In this document: positions 19,575-29,049 of the stretch, piece by piece | Numbering within the stretch: the first letter of the stretch is position 1 | Layout: each line of letters starts with the position of its first letter | DNA from: Micrococcaceae bacterium | Lineage (GTDB): Bacteria; Actinomycetota; Actinomycetes; Actinomycetales; Micrococcaceae | Reading direction: 5' to 3' | Length of the DNA: 64,000 nt | NCBI GenBank assembly: GCA_025465475.1 | Contig: JAODMR010000160.1 | Coordinates: forward strand, 17,744-81,743 | Program-made: the position numbers and the translations under genes | Notes under the pieces: model-generated | The model's input: the letters and a program-made list of their open reading frames with translations, nothing else | The model's database searches: none | What the model was told of the DNA's origin: nothing

Positions 19575-19871
19575 GTGTTCCTCCTTGTCATCGCTCCCCG
19601 GAATCGCATGGCGGCCGCTGGGGTCGCATCAGACAAGCCAAGCGCTGCCTCGCTACCATCTGTTCTGGTGACGCAAGTGCTTGCTACTTCAGTTTGGCCT
19701 CAGCCGCCCCTGCATGCAATGGGAACTCTCTCCCTCGACGTTAGAGCGGTACCGGCGCCGGGTCAAAGATGCCGGACGAAAATCTGTGGCGTGTCGGAAG
19801 TTTCATCCAGTACCTGAACGTTAAGCGGCTAACCCTGGCCCGTCCCCTGTGCAGGACGGGTGAAAAATGTC

Positions 19872-20375
19872 CTACTTTTCGAAGTCTTCCGGCTCCACTT
19901 CATCCAGGAACTCACGGAACCGGCGCAACTCCCGCTCGTCGGCCTCCGGCGAATCGATCGCGTCGGGTTCCTCTTCGTCGTGGTCGCTGATCCGCACGCC
20001 CGCTTCCTCCAGGACGGCAGCCGCGCAGTGCACCGGACAGTGAGCCCGCAGGGCGATGGCCAGTCCGTCAGAGGCCCGTGAACCGACGACGGTGCCATCG
20101 TCGAACACGAGCTGGGCGTAGAAAACCCCGTCCTCCACGGCGGTGATGTTCACCCCGGTGACGGAGCGCCCCAGGGCCTTGACCACGTCGCACAGCAGGT
20201 CGTGCGTCAGCGGGCGTGGCGGGATGACTCCCTGCTGCGCCAAGGCGATCGCTGTCGCTTCGGCGGTGCCGATCCAAATCGGCAGATGCCGGTCGCCGCG
20301 GGCTTCCCGCAGCAGTACCAGGGGCTGGTTGGACGGCATTTCCACCCGGACGCCGACGATTTCCAGTTCGATCAC
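19872..20375 (-). CDS. bifunctional nuclease family protein (DUF151, Rv1829 type)
   Basis: 'MIELEIVGVRVEMPSNQPLVLLREARGDRHLPIWIGTAEATAIA...RPLTHDLL'. AAGGAGG RBS. Conserved position between the two merR genes. Confidence 0.8.
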   Translation of the reverse strand: MIELEIVGVRVEMPSNQPLVLLREARGDRHLPIWIGTAEATAIALAQQGVIPPRPLTHDLLCDVVKALGRSVTGVNITAVEDGVFYAQLVFDDGTVVGSRASDGLAIALRAHCPVHCAAAVLEEAGVRISDHDEEEPDAIDSPEADERELRRFREFLDEVEPEDFEK

Positions 20376-20497
20376 GTCCGCCTCCTTGTTCTCCTGCTTC
20401 GTGGTGTTCGCTGTTCCCGGAACGACGGCTTCGGTGTTCCTGAATCCAACGCTACTCTTGTCTCCGTCCGCCGCGGGGGCGGCTTTACCCGGACGGG

Positions 20498-21268
20498 TCA
20501 GCGGTCCATTCGGGCTATCTGCTCCTGCACAAGGGCGGTGTGCAGGCTGAGGCAGAGGTCGCTGATTTCCCGCGCGGTTTCGGCAGCCCGGGCCTGGGAT
20601 GCGGCGTCACGCCGTGAGGCCAGTGGTGCGACCACCCGCTCCACCAGCCCGAACTCCCGCTCCGCCGCGGCTTGGAAGGGTCGCAGGTGGCGCGGCTCCA
20701 GACCGTGGGAACTGAGCGCGGTGCACGCCTTGGCGACTCGAAGGGCATGGTCGTCAAAGTGTCCATTCACTGCAGTGATCAGGCCGTAGCTGAGCAGCGA
20801 CTCGATGAGTTCCGCGCTGGCCCCCGATTCGGAGCGCAACTGGGCGGCGGTGAGACGGCGGGACCGGCTTTTGATTTCGGCTGCCAGTTCGCTGGACACC
20901 ATGCGGGGGCTGATGGACACCCCTGGGGGCAGGTTTTCCGGGCCCTCTCCCCGGTCAAGGGCGTCGAGGTAGTCACGGATTACCTTCAGGGGCAGGTAGT
21001 GGTCGCGTTGCAGGGCCAGCACGAACCGCAACCGCTCGACGTCGGACTCGTGGAACTGGCGGTACCCCGCAGCGGTGCGCTGCGGCGTTATGAGTCCCTT
21101 TTCCTCGTAGAAGCGGATTTTGGAGGCGGTAACGGACGGGAAGTCCTCCGTCAGTTGCGCCAGCACCTCGCCGATGTTGAAAATCGCGGGAGCCGAAGGG
21201 CGGACTGCGCGGGCGCGGTCCCCGGTCACTGGCTGGAGCCGGCGGGCCGTGGGCGGAAGAGTGCTCAT
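20498..21268 (-). CDS. MerR-family transcriptional regulator (Rv1828/FtsR type)
   Basis: 'FNIGEVLAQLTEDFPSVTASKIRFYEEKGLITPQRTAAGYRQF' MerR HTH plus a C-terminal helical domain. Sits immediately downstream of garA, as in other Actinobacteria. Confidence 0.8.
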   Translation of the reverse strand: MSTLPPTARRLQPVTGDRARAVRPSAPAIFNIGEVLAQLTEDFPSVTASKIRFYEEKGLITPQRTAAGYRQFHESDVERLRFVLALQRDHYLPLKVIRDYLDALDRGEGPENLPPGVSISPRMVSSELAAEIKSRSRRLTAAQLRSESGASAELIESLLSYGLITAVNGHFDDHALRVAKACTALSSHGLEPRHLRPFQAAAEREFGLVERVVAPLASRRDAASQARAAETAREISDLCLSLHTALVQEQIARMDR

Positions 21269-21277
21269 GACCCGGCC

Positions 21278-21763
21278 CTAGGAAGCGGGCGGGGTGGAAG
21301 CAGCGGGACTGTAGTAGTAGGTAAGCCGGAACTTGCCGATCTGGACCTCATTGGTGTTGCGCAACCGGACGGCGTCGACGCGGTCCCCGTTGACGTAGGT
21401 TCCGTTCAGGCTCTTGGAGTCCACCACCTCGAACCCGCCATCGACCCGCCGGAACTCGACGTGCCGGCGGGAGACAGTCACATCGTCCAGGAAGATGTCA
21501 GCGTCCGGATGCCGGCCCGCCGTCGTGACATCGGAATCAAGCAGGAACCGGGCGCCACGGTTGGGCCCGCTGTGGGCAATCAAGAGGGCAGAACCGGCGG
21601 GCAGGGCCTCAACGGCTACCTGCTCCTCGGTGCTGAGGTTACGTTCGACGGACCGCTCGCGGGAGATCGGCGGCAGATGGATGGAGGTGGTCTCCGAGGC
21701 CGAGGGCTGATGGTGAGACTCCGCCTGTCCGCCGTTGACGGCGCGGTTCCCATTGTCAACCAT
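21278..21763 (-). CDS. garA: FHA-domain regulator (GarA/OdhI)
   Basis: N-terminal phospho-acceptor 'ETTS' motif and a C-terminal FHA domain ('GRHPDADIFLDDVTVSRRHVEF...SLNGTYVNG'). Start set to the ATG at 21763, with GGAGGA 8 nt upstream. Confidence 0.85.
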   Translation of the reverse strand: MVDNGNRAVNGGQAESHHQPSASETTSIHLPPISRERSVERNLSTEEQVAVEALPAGSALLIAHSGPNRGARFLLDSDVTTAGRHPDADIFLDDVTVSRRHVEFRRVDGGFEVVDSKSLNGTYVNGDRVDAVRLRNTNEVQIGKFRLTYYYSPAASTPPAS

Positions 21764-21853
21764 GTTGGCAGTCCTCCAAGTGTCCACGGTTACGAAGCAT
21801 GTGTCAGAAACAGCAGTGCGGCGGTTCGGCCGGAGCCGACGCCGCGATGGGAA

Positions 21854-22240
21854 CTAGCCTACCTGCTGTTCATACTCGTTCGCACCGAGCAGCGTTTCGT
21901 AGGCGGAGGCGTCCTCCAGCCGGATTTCGAGCAGCCAGCCCTCGCCGTAGGGATCCGTGTTGATCAGGGCCGGATCGGCGTCGAGGGCGTCGTTGCGGTT
22001 GACCACTTCACCGGAGAGCGGGGCGTAGATGTCGCTGACGCTTTTGGTCGATTCGACCTCGCCGACGACTGACGCTGCAGCCACCTTGCTGCCAGCTTCG
22101 GGCATCTGGACGTACACGACGTCCCCGAGGGCGTCCTGGGCGAAGTCGGTGATGCCCACCCGGACCACGCCATCGGCGTCGGGTGCGCTGACCCATTCGT
22201 GTTCCGCGGTGTAGGACAGATCTTCAGGAATGTTGCTCAT
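21854..22240 (-). CDS. gcvH: glycine cleavage system H protein
   Basis: 'MSNIPEDLSYTAEHEWV' N-terminus and lipoyl-lysine motif 'VESTKSVSDIYAPLSGEV'. 128 aa from the ATG at 22240. The track's 49-codon upstream extension was rejected. Confidence 0.9.
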   Translation of the reverse strand: MSNIPEDLSYTAEHEWVSAPDADGVVRVGITDFAQDALGDVVYVQMPEAGSKVAAASVVGEVESTKSVSDIYAPLSGEVVNRNDALDADPALINTDPYGEGWLLEIRLEDASAYETLLGANEYEQQVG

Positions 22241-22278
22241 GCGAGGCCTTTCGTAAGTCCACCGTTGAAACGCTGCGT

Positions 22279-22313
22279 TGTCGGTTATTGAAAGTTGTCG
22301 GGTCATTGAAAGT
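22279..22313 (-). repeat. 17/18-nt tandem direct repeat in the gcvH leader
   Basis: Minus strand reads ACTTTCAATGACCCGACA / ACTTTCAATAACCGACA, followed by a degenerate GCGTTTCAACGG. It lies 40-75 nt upstream of the gcvH ATG. Confidence 0.6.
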
Positions 22314-22399
22314 ATAGGCATAGAGAACCGGCGGTCCACTGAAGCACAAGCAGCCTGTGGGGTTTGCTGGGCTTTCGGTGGCCGCATCCGCCCATGGCG

Positions 22400-24130
22400 T
22401 CAGCTCAGGATCCGGCGTACCACGTTGGTTTTGGCCAGTTCAACCAGTTCGTCGCCCCGCCCGGAGAGCACCGTCCGGATCGCGTACAGGGTGAAGCCCT
22501 TGGCCTGTTCGGCGCTGATGGCCGGGGGAAGGGAAAGTTCCTGCCGTGCCGTGACGACGTCAATCAGGGCCGGACCGTCGTGCGCAAAGGCCGCCTTCAG
22601 GGCGGCGGGCAGGTCGTCGGGCCGTTCCACCCGGACCCCGTACAGGCCCATCGCGGTGGCCACGTCGGCGAAATTCGGGTTAACCAGGTCCGTTCCGTAA
22701 TTGACCAGCCCGGCGGCCTTCATTTCGAGCTCCACAAAATTCAACGACGAGTTGTTGAACACGACCACTTTCACCGGCAGCCTGTTTTGGACCAGGGTGA
22801 TCAGCTCCCCCATCAGCATGGTCAATCCGCCGTCCCCCGCCAGGGCCACCACCTGCCGGCTCCGATCCGGCACCTGCGCGCCGATGCCGTGCACCAGGGC
22901 GTTGGCCATGGAGCCGTGGCTGAAGGAGCCCATCATCCGCCTCCTGCCGTTCATCGTCAGATACCGGCAGGCCCAGATGACCGGCGATCCGACGTCGGGC
23001 AGGAACACCGCGTCCTCGGAGGCCAGTTCGTCCACCATCCGGGCCAGGTACTGCGGATGGATCGGGGCGCGGTTGCGGTCGTTGACGGCCAGTTCGTCGA
23101 GGGACTTCCTGGCTTTGCGGTAGTGCTTGAGGGCGCTGGCCAGGTGTCCGCGCTTGGTCTTGCGTTGCACCAGCTTCAGCAGGGCGGCCGAGGTTTCCTT
23201 CACGCTGCCCACCAGGCCCAGGTCCAGCGGGGTCCGCCGTCCGAGTTGCTGGCCGCGGAGATCCACCTGGATCTTCACGGCGTCGTCGGGAAAGAACTGC
23301 TGGTAGGGGAAGTCGCTGCCCAGAATCAGCAAGGCGTCGCAGGACTCCATGGCCCGGTAGCCGGAGGAGAAGCCGAGCAGCCCGGTCATGCCCACGTCGA
23401 AGGGGTTGTCGTACTCAATGTGTTCCTTGCCGCGCAGGGCGTGCACAATTGGGGCTCCGAGCGCGTCTGCCAACGCCACGACTTCGGCGTGGGCTCCGGC
23501 TACTCCGGCGCCGGCCAGAATGGTCACGTTGGCGGCGTTATCGAGCAGTTGGGCGGCCTGGACCAGTTCGACGGCAGAGGGCAGCACCACGCTCCTGGTG
23601 GGAAGGATAGCCGATGGCCGGAATTTCTCGGTCTTTTTCAGCAGGATGTCACCCGGGATGATGATAACGGCGACGCCCTGCTGTTCGACGGCGGAGCGCA
23701 TGGCAATGTCCAGCACCCTGGGCATCTGTTCGGCCGAACTGACCAGTTCGCAGTAGACGCTGCAGTCCCGGAAGAGTTCCTTCGGGTTCGTTTCCTGGAA
23801 GTAATTGCTGCCCACTTCGGCGGTGGGAATGTGGGTCGCCAGCGCAAGGACCGGAACCCGGGATCGGTTCGCGTCGTAGAGCCCGTTGATCAAGTGCACG
23901 CTGCCCGGACCGCAGCTGGCCGCGCAGACCGCCAATTGGCCGGTCAGGCCGGCATCGGCCGCAGCGGCAAACGCTGCGGCCTCTTCGTGCCGCACGTGCA
24001 CCCACTCCAGGCCACCGTCCAGGCGAAGCGCCTCGGTGAAGCCGTTGATGGAGTCCCCCGGCAGGCCGTACACGCGCTGCACGCCTGAGGCCTTGAGGGT
24101 GGCAACAATATTTTCAGCAATGGTCGGCAT
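22400..24130 (-). CDS. poxB: thiamine-diphosphate-dependent pyruvate dehydrogenase (quinone)/pyruvate oxidase
   Basis: 576 aa. 'MPTIAENIVATLKASGVQRVYGLPGDSINGF' and TPP motif 'GDGGLTMLMGELITL...NNSSL'. Three-domain TPP-enzyme layout. Confidence 0.8.
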   Translation of the reverse strand: MPTIAENIVATLKASGVQRVYGLPGDSINGFTEALRLDGGLEWVHVRHEEAAAFAAAADAGLTGQLAVCAASCGPGSVHLINGLYDANRSRVPVLALATHIPTAEVGSNYFQETNPKELFRDCSVYCELVSSAEQMPRVLDIAMRSAVEQQGVAVIIIPGDILLKKTEKFRPSAILPTRSVVLPSAVELVQAAQLLDNAANVTILAGAGVAGAHAEVVALADALGAPIVHALRGKEHIEYDNPFDVGMTGLLGFSSGYRAMESCDALLILGSDFPYQQFFPDDAVKIQVDLRGQQLGRRTPLDLGLVGSVKETSAALLKLVQRKTKRGHLASALKHYRKARKSLDELAVNDRNRAPIHPQYLARMVDELASEDAVFLPDVGSPVIWACRYLTMNGRRRMMGSFSHGSMANALVHGIGAQVPDRSRQVVALAGDGGLTMLMGELITLVQNRLPVKVVVFNNSSLNFVELEMKAAGLVNYGTDLVNPNFADVATAMGLYGVRVERPDDLPAALKAAFAHDGPALIDVVTARQELSLPPAISAEQAKGFTLYAIRTVLSGRGDELVELAKTNVVRRILS

Positions 24131-24232
24131 GCCGGACCTTTCCGAAGGGAATCTGGGCGTCGGCGGGTACGGCCCGGCCGGCGATGGTGTCGGTGTTGCC
24201 AGCCTAGCCCCGGAGGTCCGGCGGCGGCACGG

Positions 24233-25141
24233 CTAGGACGCGTCCAGCTGGTTCAGCAACCAGCCCGGCCCGAGGAGGTGGGCGCCGCGCCGTTCGACCC
24301 GCTGCTGGAGTTCCCGGTCAGCGGTGACAACGTGAACTGTCGCATCGGCTGCAACTGACTGTTTGACTGCGACAACGATGGCCTGATCCCCGTCCCGGTC
24401 CGCCCCGACCACCGAAAGTACTCCGGAGGCATCCGCGACTCCCTTGGCCTGACCCTCGGTGACGACGATGAGGTCCGGCCAGATTCGGGAGAAGGACTCA
24501 CCGAGGGCGGTCGCCGGCAGTCCATGCCGTGCCAGCACGGCCAGCCGGTTCACCAGCGACTGGTTCGCCTTCCGCCGGTCCTTCCACCATCCATCAGGCC
24601 GGGACCCGACGACGTTCGCGGCGTCCACCACCACCGCATGGCGCCGGTGCAGGGCCGGCCGCAGGTGCGGCCACGCGGCCGCGAATCCGGTGTGCAGGGG
24701 CAGCTTTTCGACCTCGTGCACTGGCACCCAGCGCAATTCAATGCTCTCCGCGTCCGCGATGTGCGGTTCGAACGGGGCCGTCGCTTCCGCCACGACGGTG
24801 GTGTAGGACCAGTAATCGACGGTGAAGACCGAGGTGAAAAGCACCCGGATCCTGTCAGCAGGAACGCCGGCTTCCTCGGCGGCCTCGCGCAGGGCTCCGG
24901 TGACTGCGTCTTCACCCTGATGCAGGGCGCCGCCGGGCAGACCCCACGTACCGCCCTGGTCACTCCAGACCACCCGGTGCTGAAGCAGGACGCCACGGTC
25001 CGGGTCGTGCACCAGGATTCCGGCGGCACCGAAACGGCCCCAGAACCGGCCCCGCTCCCCCTCAACCCAGGCGTCACCGGGGTCCCGTGGCCCTTGGGGG
25101 CGACGGGGATCTCCGGGCTGAACGGGTACTGTGTGGGTCAT
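24233..25141 (-). CDS. NUDIX hydrolase fused to a C-terminal NYN/YacP-like (PIN-fold) domain
   Basis: Nudix box 'GLPGGALHQGEDAVTGALREAAEEAGV' in the N-terminal half. The C-terminal half has 'AVVVDAANVVGSRPDGWW...DGDQAIV...VHVVTADRELQ', resembling YacP/Rae1-type NYN domains. Confidence 0.75.
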   Translation of the reverse strand: MTHTVPVQPGDPRRPQGPRDPGDAWVEGERGRFWGRFGAAGILVHDPDRGVLLQHRVVWSDQGGTWGLPGGALHQGEDAVTGALREAAEEAGVPADRIRVLFTSVFTVDYWSYTTVVAEATAPFEPHIADAESIELRWVPVHEVEKLPLHTGFAAAWPHLRPALHRRHAVVVDAANVVGSRPDGWWKDRRKANQSLVNRLAVLARHGLPATALGESFSRIWPDLIVVTEGQAKGVADASGVLSVVGADRDGDQAIVVAVKQSVAADATVHVVTADRELQQRVERRGAHLLGPGWLLNQLDAS

Positions 25142-25183
25142 GATTCCAGACTCTCATAACCGGGACGGCTAAGGGGGCATGCT

Positions 25184-25247
25184 CCACCCCGCGGGGCTCC
25201 GCAATGGGCGGGGCGCCACCCCGCGGGGCTCCATAATGGGCGGGGCG
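25184..25247. repeat. 32-bp tandem duplication rich in GC palindromes, in a divergent promoter region
   Basis: CCACCCCGCGGGGCTCCgcAATGGGCGGGGCG (25184-25215) and CCACCCCGCGGGGCTCCatAATGGGCGGGGCG (25216-25247), 30/32 identical. Each contains the palindrome CCCCGCGGGG. Confidence 0.85.
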
Positions 25248-25288
25248 CATCCTCGCGCTATCGAGGGAATCGGGCTAGCCTGACCCGC

Positions 25289-25795
25289 ATGGCCTCCGCA
25301 GCCCCGCTTGCCCGGGCGTGGATCGGAACGATCGTTTTCCTCTTCCTCGCGCCCGGCGTGGTCGCGGGCCTGATTCCGTGGGTCATCTCCGGCTGGCGCT
25401 GGTACGACTGGGGCGGGGCGGCCTGGGCTGTTCTGATCGCCTGGATGGCGATCGGCCTCGGGGTGGCTTTCCTGCTGCACGCGTTCGCACTGTTCGCCCT
25501 GCACCGCGGAACCCCAGCCCCGCTTGCGCCCACCGAGACGCTGGTGGTGGAAGGGGCTTACCGCTACGTGCGCAATCCGATGTATCTTGCGGTGCTCCTG
25601 ATCATCCTTGGCCAGGCGCTGCTGTTCGGCAACTGGGGGGTCCTGTTGTACGCCGCGATCGTGCTGGCAGTGGTCGTGGCGTTCGTCAAGGGCTATGAGG
25701 AGCCGACGCTTACTGATACGTACGGAGAGCAGTACCTCGAGTATCGGCGCAACGTCCGTGGGTGGTGGCCCCGGATCACGCCGTGGCGGGCATAG
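25289..25795 (+). CDS. ICMT/PEMT-family membrane methyltransferase
   Basis: Four hydrophobic helices and the family signature 'EGAYRYVRNPMYLAVLLIILGQALLFGN...EEPTLTDTYGEQYLEYRRNV'. Confidence 0.75.
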   Translation: MASAAPLARAWIGTIVFLFLAPGVVAGLIPWVISGWRWYDWGGAAWAVLIAWMAIGLGVAFLLHAFALFALHRGTPAPLAPTETLVVEGAYRYVRNPMYLAVLLIILGQALLFGNWGVLLYAAIVLAVVVAFVKGYEEPTLTDTYGEQYLEYRRNVRGWWPRITPWRA

Positions 25796-25832
25796 GCACT
25801 GGACCTGCCAAGCAAAAGTCCCGGCAAGCAGA

Positions 25833-25866
25833 AAGTCCCGGCGGATCTTGCGATCCACCGGGACTT
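25833..25866. terminator. long interrupted hairpin between the methyltransferase gene and tRNA-Pro (bidirectional terminator candidate)
   Basis: AAGTCCCGG-C-GGATC-TTGC-GATCC-A-CCGGGACTT (14 bp paired), followed by CTTT on the + strand. An extra copy of the left arm (AAAGTCCCGGC) sits at 25815-25825. Confidence 0.5.
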
Positions 25867-25869
25867 CTT

Positions 25870-25946
<77 letters not shown>

Positions 25947-26028
25947 AAAGTCCGGTTCCGGCATAACCTGCACCGGCCGAACCACCTCAAGAAGCTTACC
26001 GTATAAAACCGGTTGCTCCGAACGGGTC

Positions 26029-27576
26029 CTACTTTCGGCTGCGGCGCTCCCTAACCCGCATGCTGACCTCAATGGGGGTGCCATCGAAGCCGAAGGTTTC
26101 CCGCAGCCGGCGGGTGATGAAGCGGCGGTAACCGGGGTCCAGGAAGCCGGTGGTGAACAGCACGAACTTGGGCGGCCGGCTTGAGGCCTGGGTGCCGAAC
26201 AGGATGCGTGGCTGCTTTCCGCTGCGGACGGGGTGCGGGTGCGCCGCGACCAGTTCACCGAGGAAGGCGTTGAGCCGTCCGGTGGGAATGCGCTTGTCCC
26301 AGGATTCGAGCGCGGTGTCCAGGGCGGGCACCAGCCGGTCCTTGTGCCAGCCGGTCTTGGCGGAGATGTTGACCCGCGGCGCCCAGTCGACGTGCGCAAG
26401 GTCCTGGTCGATTTCCCGCTCCAGGTACCGGCGGCGCTCATCATCGAGCAGGTCCCACTTGTTGAATGCCAGCACCAGGGCCCGGCCGGATTCGATGGCC
26501 AACTGCAGGATGCGGACGTCCTGTTCGCTGAGCACTTCGTCGACGGCCAGGAGCACGACGGCGACTTCGGCCTTTTCCAGGGCTGACTGGGTCCGCAACG
26601 AGGCGTAGAAGTCGGCGCCCTGCTGCATGTGCACGCGGCGGCGGATGCCGGCCGTGTCGACGAACCGCCAGGTCCGCCCACCCAATTCAATGAACTCATC
26701 CACCGGATCACGGGTGGTGCCGGCCATCGGGTCCACCACAACGCGTTCGCTGCCGGCCAGCTTGTTCAGCAGCGAGGACTTACCTACGTTCGGGCGGCCG
26801 ATCAGGGCGACACGACGGGGACCGCCAGAGCGGTCCACTCCGGCGACGGTGGAGAATTCGGGCAGCGTATCCATGACGACGTCCAGCAGGTCGGCAACGC
26901 CGCGCCCGTGCACGGCGGATACCGGGTACGGCTCCCCTAGGCCCAGGCTCCACAACGCCGCAGCGTCTGATTCCTGCTGGATATCATCGACCTTGTTGCC
27001 GACCAGGATGACGGGCTTCTTGGCCCGGCGCAGCATTTTGACCACTGCCTCGTCCGTGGCTGTGATGCCGACGGTGGCGTCCACAACCAACAGCACGGCG
27101 TCGGCCATTTCGACGGCGATTTCCGCCTGGTCGGCGACGCGGGCGTGGATGCCCTTGGCGTCGTACTCCCAGCCACCGGTGTCCACCAGGGTGAAGTTCC
27201 GTCCGTTCCAGTGCGCCGCGTACATGACGCGGTCGCGGGTGACGCCGGGAGTATCCTCGACGACCGCCTCGCGGCGGCCGAGGATGCGGTTTACCAGGGT
27301 GGACTTGCCGACGTTGGGGCGTCCGACGATGGCCAGCACGGGGTCGAGCTTGAGCTCCCCCTCGGCGTCTTCCTCGTCGTAGCCGCCTGCCAGCAGCGCT
27401 GCGTCTTCGTCATCAAGTTCGTAGTCGGCCAGCCCGGCGCGCAGGGACGCGGCGCGCTGCTCAGCTTCGGCGTCGTCCAACGTGGCAAGTCGTTCGGCAA
27501 TCTGGTCGGTGCCGGTGGGCGTGTACTCGGCGTCGTCTGCTGAGGAACGGCCGGGTTGGGAATCGCTCATGGTCAC
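26029..27576 (-). CDS. der: ribosome-biogenesis GTPase Der (EngA)
   Basis: Two tandem GTPase domains ('[13 protein letters not shown]', '[13 protein letters not shown]', DTGG/DTAG, NKVD/NKWD) plus a C-terminal KH-like domain. Acidic N-terminal extension typical of actinobacteria. Confidence 0.95.
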   Translation of the reverse strand: MTMSDSQPGRSSADDAEYTPTGTDQIAERLATLDDAEAEQRAASLRAGLADYELDDEDAALLAGGYDEEDAEGELKLDPVLAIVGRPNVGKSTLVNRILGRREAVVEDTPGVTRDRVMYAAHWNGRNFTLVDTGGWEYDAKGIHARVADQAEIAVEMADAVLLVVDATVGITATDEAVVKMLRRAKKPVILVGNKVDDIQQESDAAALWSLGLGEPYPVSAVHGRGVADLLDVVMDTLPEFSTVAGVDRSGGPRRVALIGRPNVGKSSLLNKLAGSERVVVDPMAGTTRDPVDEFIELGGRTWRFVDTAGIRRRVHMQQGADFYASLRTQSALEKAEVAVVLLAVDEVLSEQDVRILQLAIESGRALVLAFNKWDLLDDERRRYLEREIDQDLAHVDWAPRVNISAKTGWHKDRLVPALDTALESWDKRIPTGRLNAFLGELVAAHPHPVRSGKQPRILFGTQASSRPPKFVLFTTGFLDPGYRRFITRRLRETFGFDGTPIEVSMRVRERRSRK

Positions 27577-28283
27577 TTTCCTTCGTGCTGATCTGGGGTG
27601 CCCTGCAGGTCGCGGGCCTCGTCCTGGGGCAGTTGCTGCCCGGTGGCGGCAACTGCGGCCTGGACGTGGGCAGCCAACCGGACTCGGATGTCTTCAGCCG
27701 CCCTGTCCATTGAAACACGCCCGGAGGTTCCCGGCTCGCGGCTGATGCGTACCGATGGTCCGAAAACGACGTGGAACCGTCGGCGCAGGGGCGGGATGCG
27801 GTCCTTGTGCTCACCGGCAATGCGGGTGCCCAGCACTGCCACCGGCACCACGACGGCGGCCGAGTTCAGCGCCAGCCAGGCAACGCCGTTGTTGACGCTG
27901 GCCGCGGTGCCGGTACCCCTGGTGCCTTCCGGCAGGATACCGACGCAGCCGCCGCCGTCGAGCAGGGCCTTGGCGCGCTGCAGCGCGCGGCGGTCACCGC
28001 TCCGGTCCACCGGGATCTGGCCGGACGCGCGCAGCACACGGCCCAGGAACCCGCCAAACATCTCCTGTTTGACCAACACGTGCATGTACCGTGGTGCGGC
28101 GCCCACCATGACCGGCCCGTCCAGGTAGCTGAGGTGGTTGGCAGCGAAAATCACCGGACCGACGGTCGGGACGTTGCCGCTGCCGGAGACAGTGGTGCGG
28201 TACAGTACGTGATCCAGGATGCGCCCCACGGGCCGGCTCCACCAGCTGCGCCAAGGCTCCAACCCGGGCAGCGGTTTAGGCAT
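27573..28283 (-). CDS. lysophospholipid acyltransferase family protein (PlsC-like)
   Basis: '[12 protein letters not shown]' (HX4D) and 'ILPEGTRG'. ATGA overlap with der. Start uncertain (ATG 28283 preferred; the track ATG at 28319 overlaps cmk by 44 nt). Confidence 0.75.
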   Translation of the reverse strand: MPKPLPGLEPWRSWWSRPVGRILDHVLYRTTVSGSGNVPTVGPVIFAANHLSYLDGPVMVGAAPRYMHVLVKQEMFGGFLGRVLRASGQIPVDRSGDRRALQRAKALLDGGGCVGILPEGTRGTGTAASVNNGVAWLALNSAAVVVPVAVLGTRIAGEHKDRIPPLRRRFHVVFGPSVRISREPGTSGRVSMDRAAEDIRVRLAAHVQAAVAATGQQLPQDEARDLQGTPDQHEGK

Positions 28284-29049
28284 CCGTGTGCTTGGCCTGC
28301 ACTGTGTCCAACACCACACGGATCACGGCGTCGACGGTCTCTTCGAAGTTCAGGTCCGAAGAGTCCACCGTCACCACGCCGTCCGCCGCACGGTGGAATT
28401 CCACCACGGTGGCGTCCTTGGCGTCCCGGGCCAGGACCTGCGCCGTGAGCTGTTCCTTGCTTTGGCTGCCGCCCAGCTGGATGCCGCGGCGGGCCATCCT
28501 GGCTTCCTCACTGGCGGTCAGGAGGAGTCTGACCTCGGAGGCGGGGGCCACGACGGTGGTGATGTCCCGGCCCTCGACGACGATGCGGCGGTGAGCACGC
28601 ACGATGGCGTCCTGCTGGCGCCGGACCAGTTCCTTGCGGGCGCCCAGGGTAGTGGCGACGGCGCTGACGGCCGACGAGATGCGCGGAGCCCGGATGGCTT
28701 CAGTGATGTCCTGGCCGTCGACCCGGACGAACTCGGTGTCCGGGGTGGTGTTTTGTTCCAGCCGGAGCGCTTCGGCGGCCGCTTCAACGGCGACGGCGTC
28801 GTTCAAGTCCAGCCCGGCGTCGAGGCAGTACCAGGTCAGGGCGCGGTACATCGCGCCGGTATCAAGGTAGGCCAGGCCGAGCCGCCGGGCCGCTTCCCGG
28901 CTGACGCTGGACTTGCCGGAGCCGGAGGGGCCGTCGATGGCCACCACCAGGGACTTGCCCTGGCGCAGCCCCTTCAACGCCGGGGTGGCGGCGCTGGTCG
29001 CGGTGTCCGCACGGAGCGGTCCCGCGTCCATTCGTGCTGTGCTGTCCAT
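28276..29049 (-). CDS. cmk: (d)CMP kinase
   Basis: P-loop 'VVAIDGPSGSGKSSVSR', plus 'LDTGAMYRA' and 'VVEGRDITTVV'. Its ATG overlaps the tyrA stop as TAATG. Confidence 0.9.
   Translation of the reverse strand: MDSTARMDAGPLRADTATSAATPALKGLRQGKSLVVAIDGPSGSGKSSVSREAARRLGLAYLDTGAMYRALTWYCLDAGLDLNDAVAVEAAAEALRLEQNTTPDTEFVRVDGQDITEAIRAPRISSAVSAVATTLGARKELVRRQQDAIVRAHRRIVVEGRDITTVVAPASEVRLLLTASEEARMARRGIQLGGSQSKEQLTAQVLARDAKDATVVEFHRAADGVVTVDSSDLNFEETVDAVIRVVLDTVQAKHTDA

Noticed and set aside
22330-22399. Glycine-riboswitch-like string CACCGAAAGCCCAGCAA ... TTCAGTGGAC upstream of gcvH (minus strand)
   Set aside because: It resembles CACCGAAGGGGCAA / CUCAGGCA..GGAC only superficially. There is no GGAGAG P1 element, the helices do not close, and the segment directly abuts the poxB stop, so it more likely belongs to the poxB 3' end or terminator region. 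A cmsearch with RF00504 would settle it.
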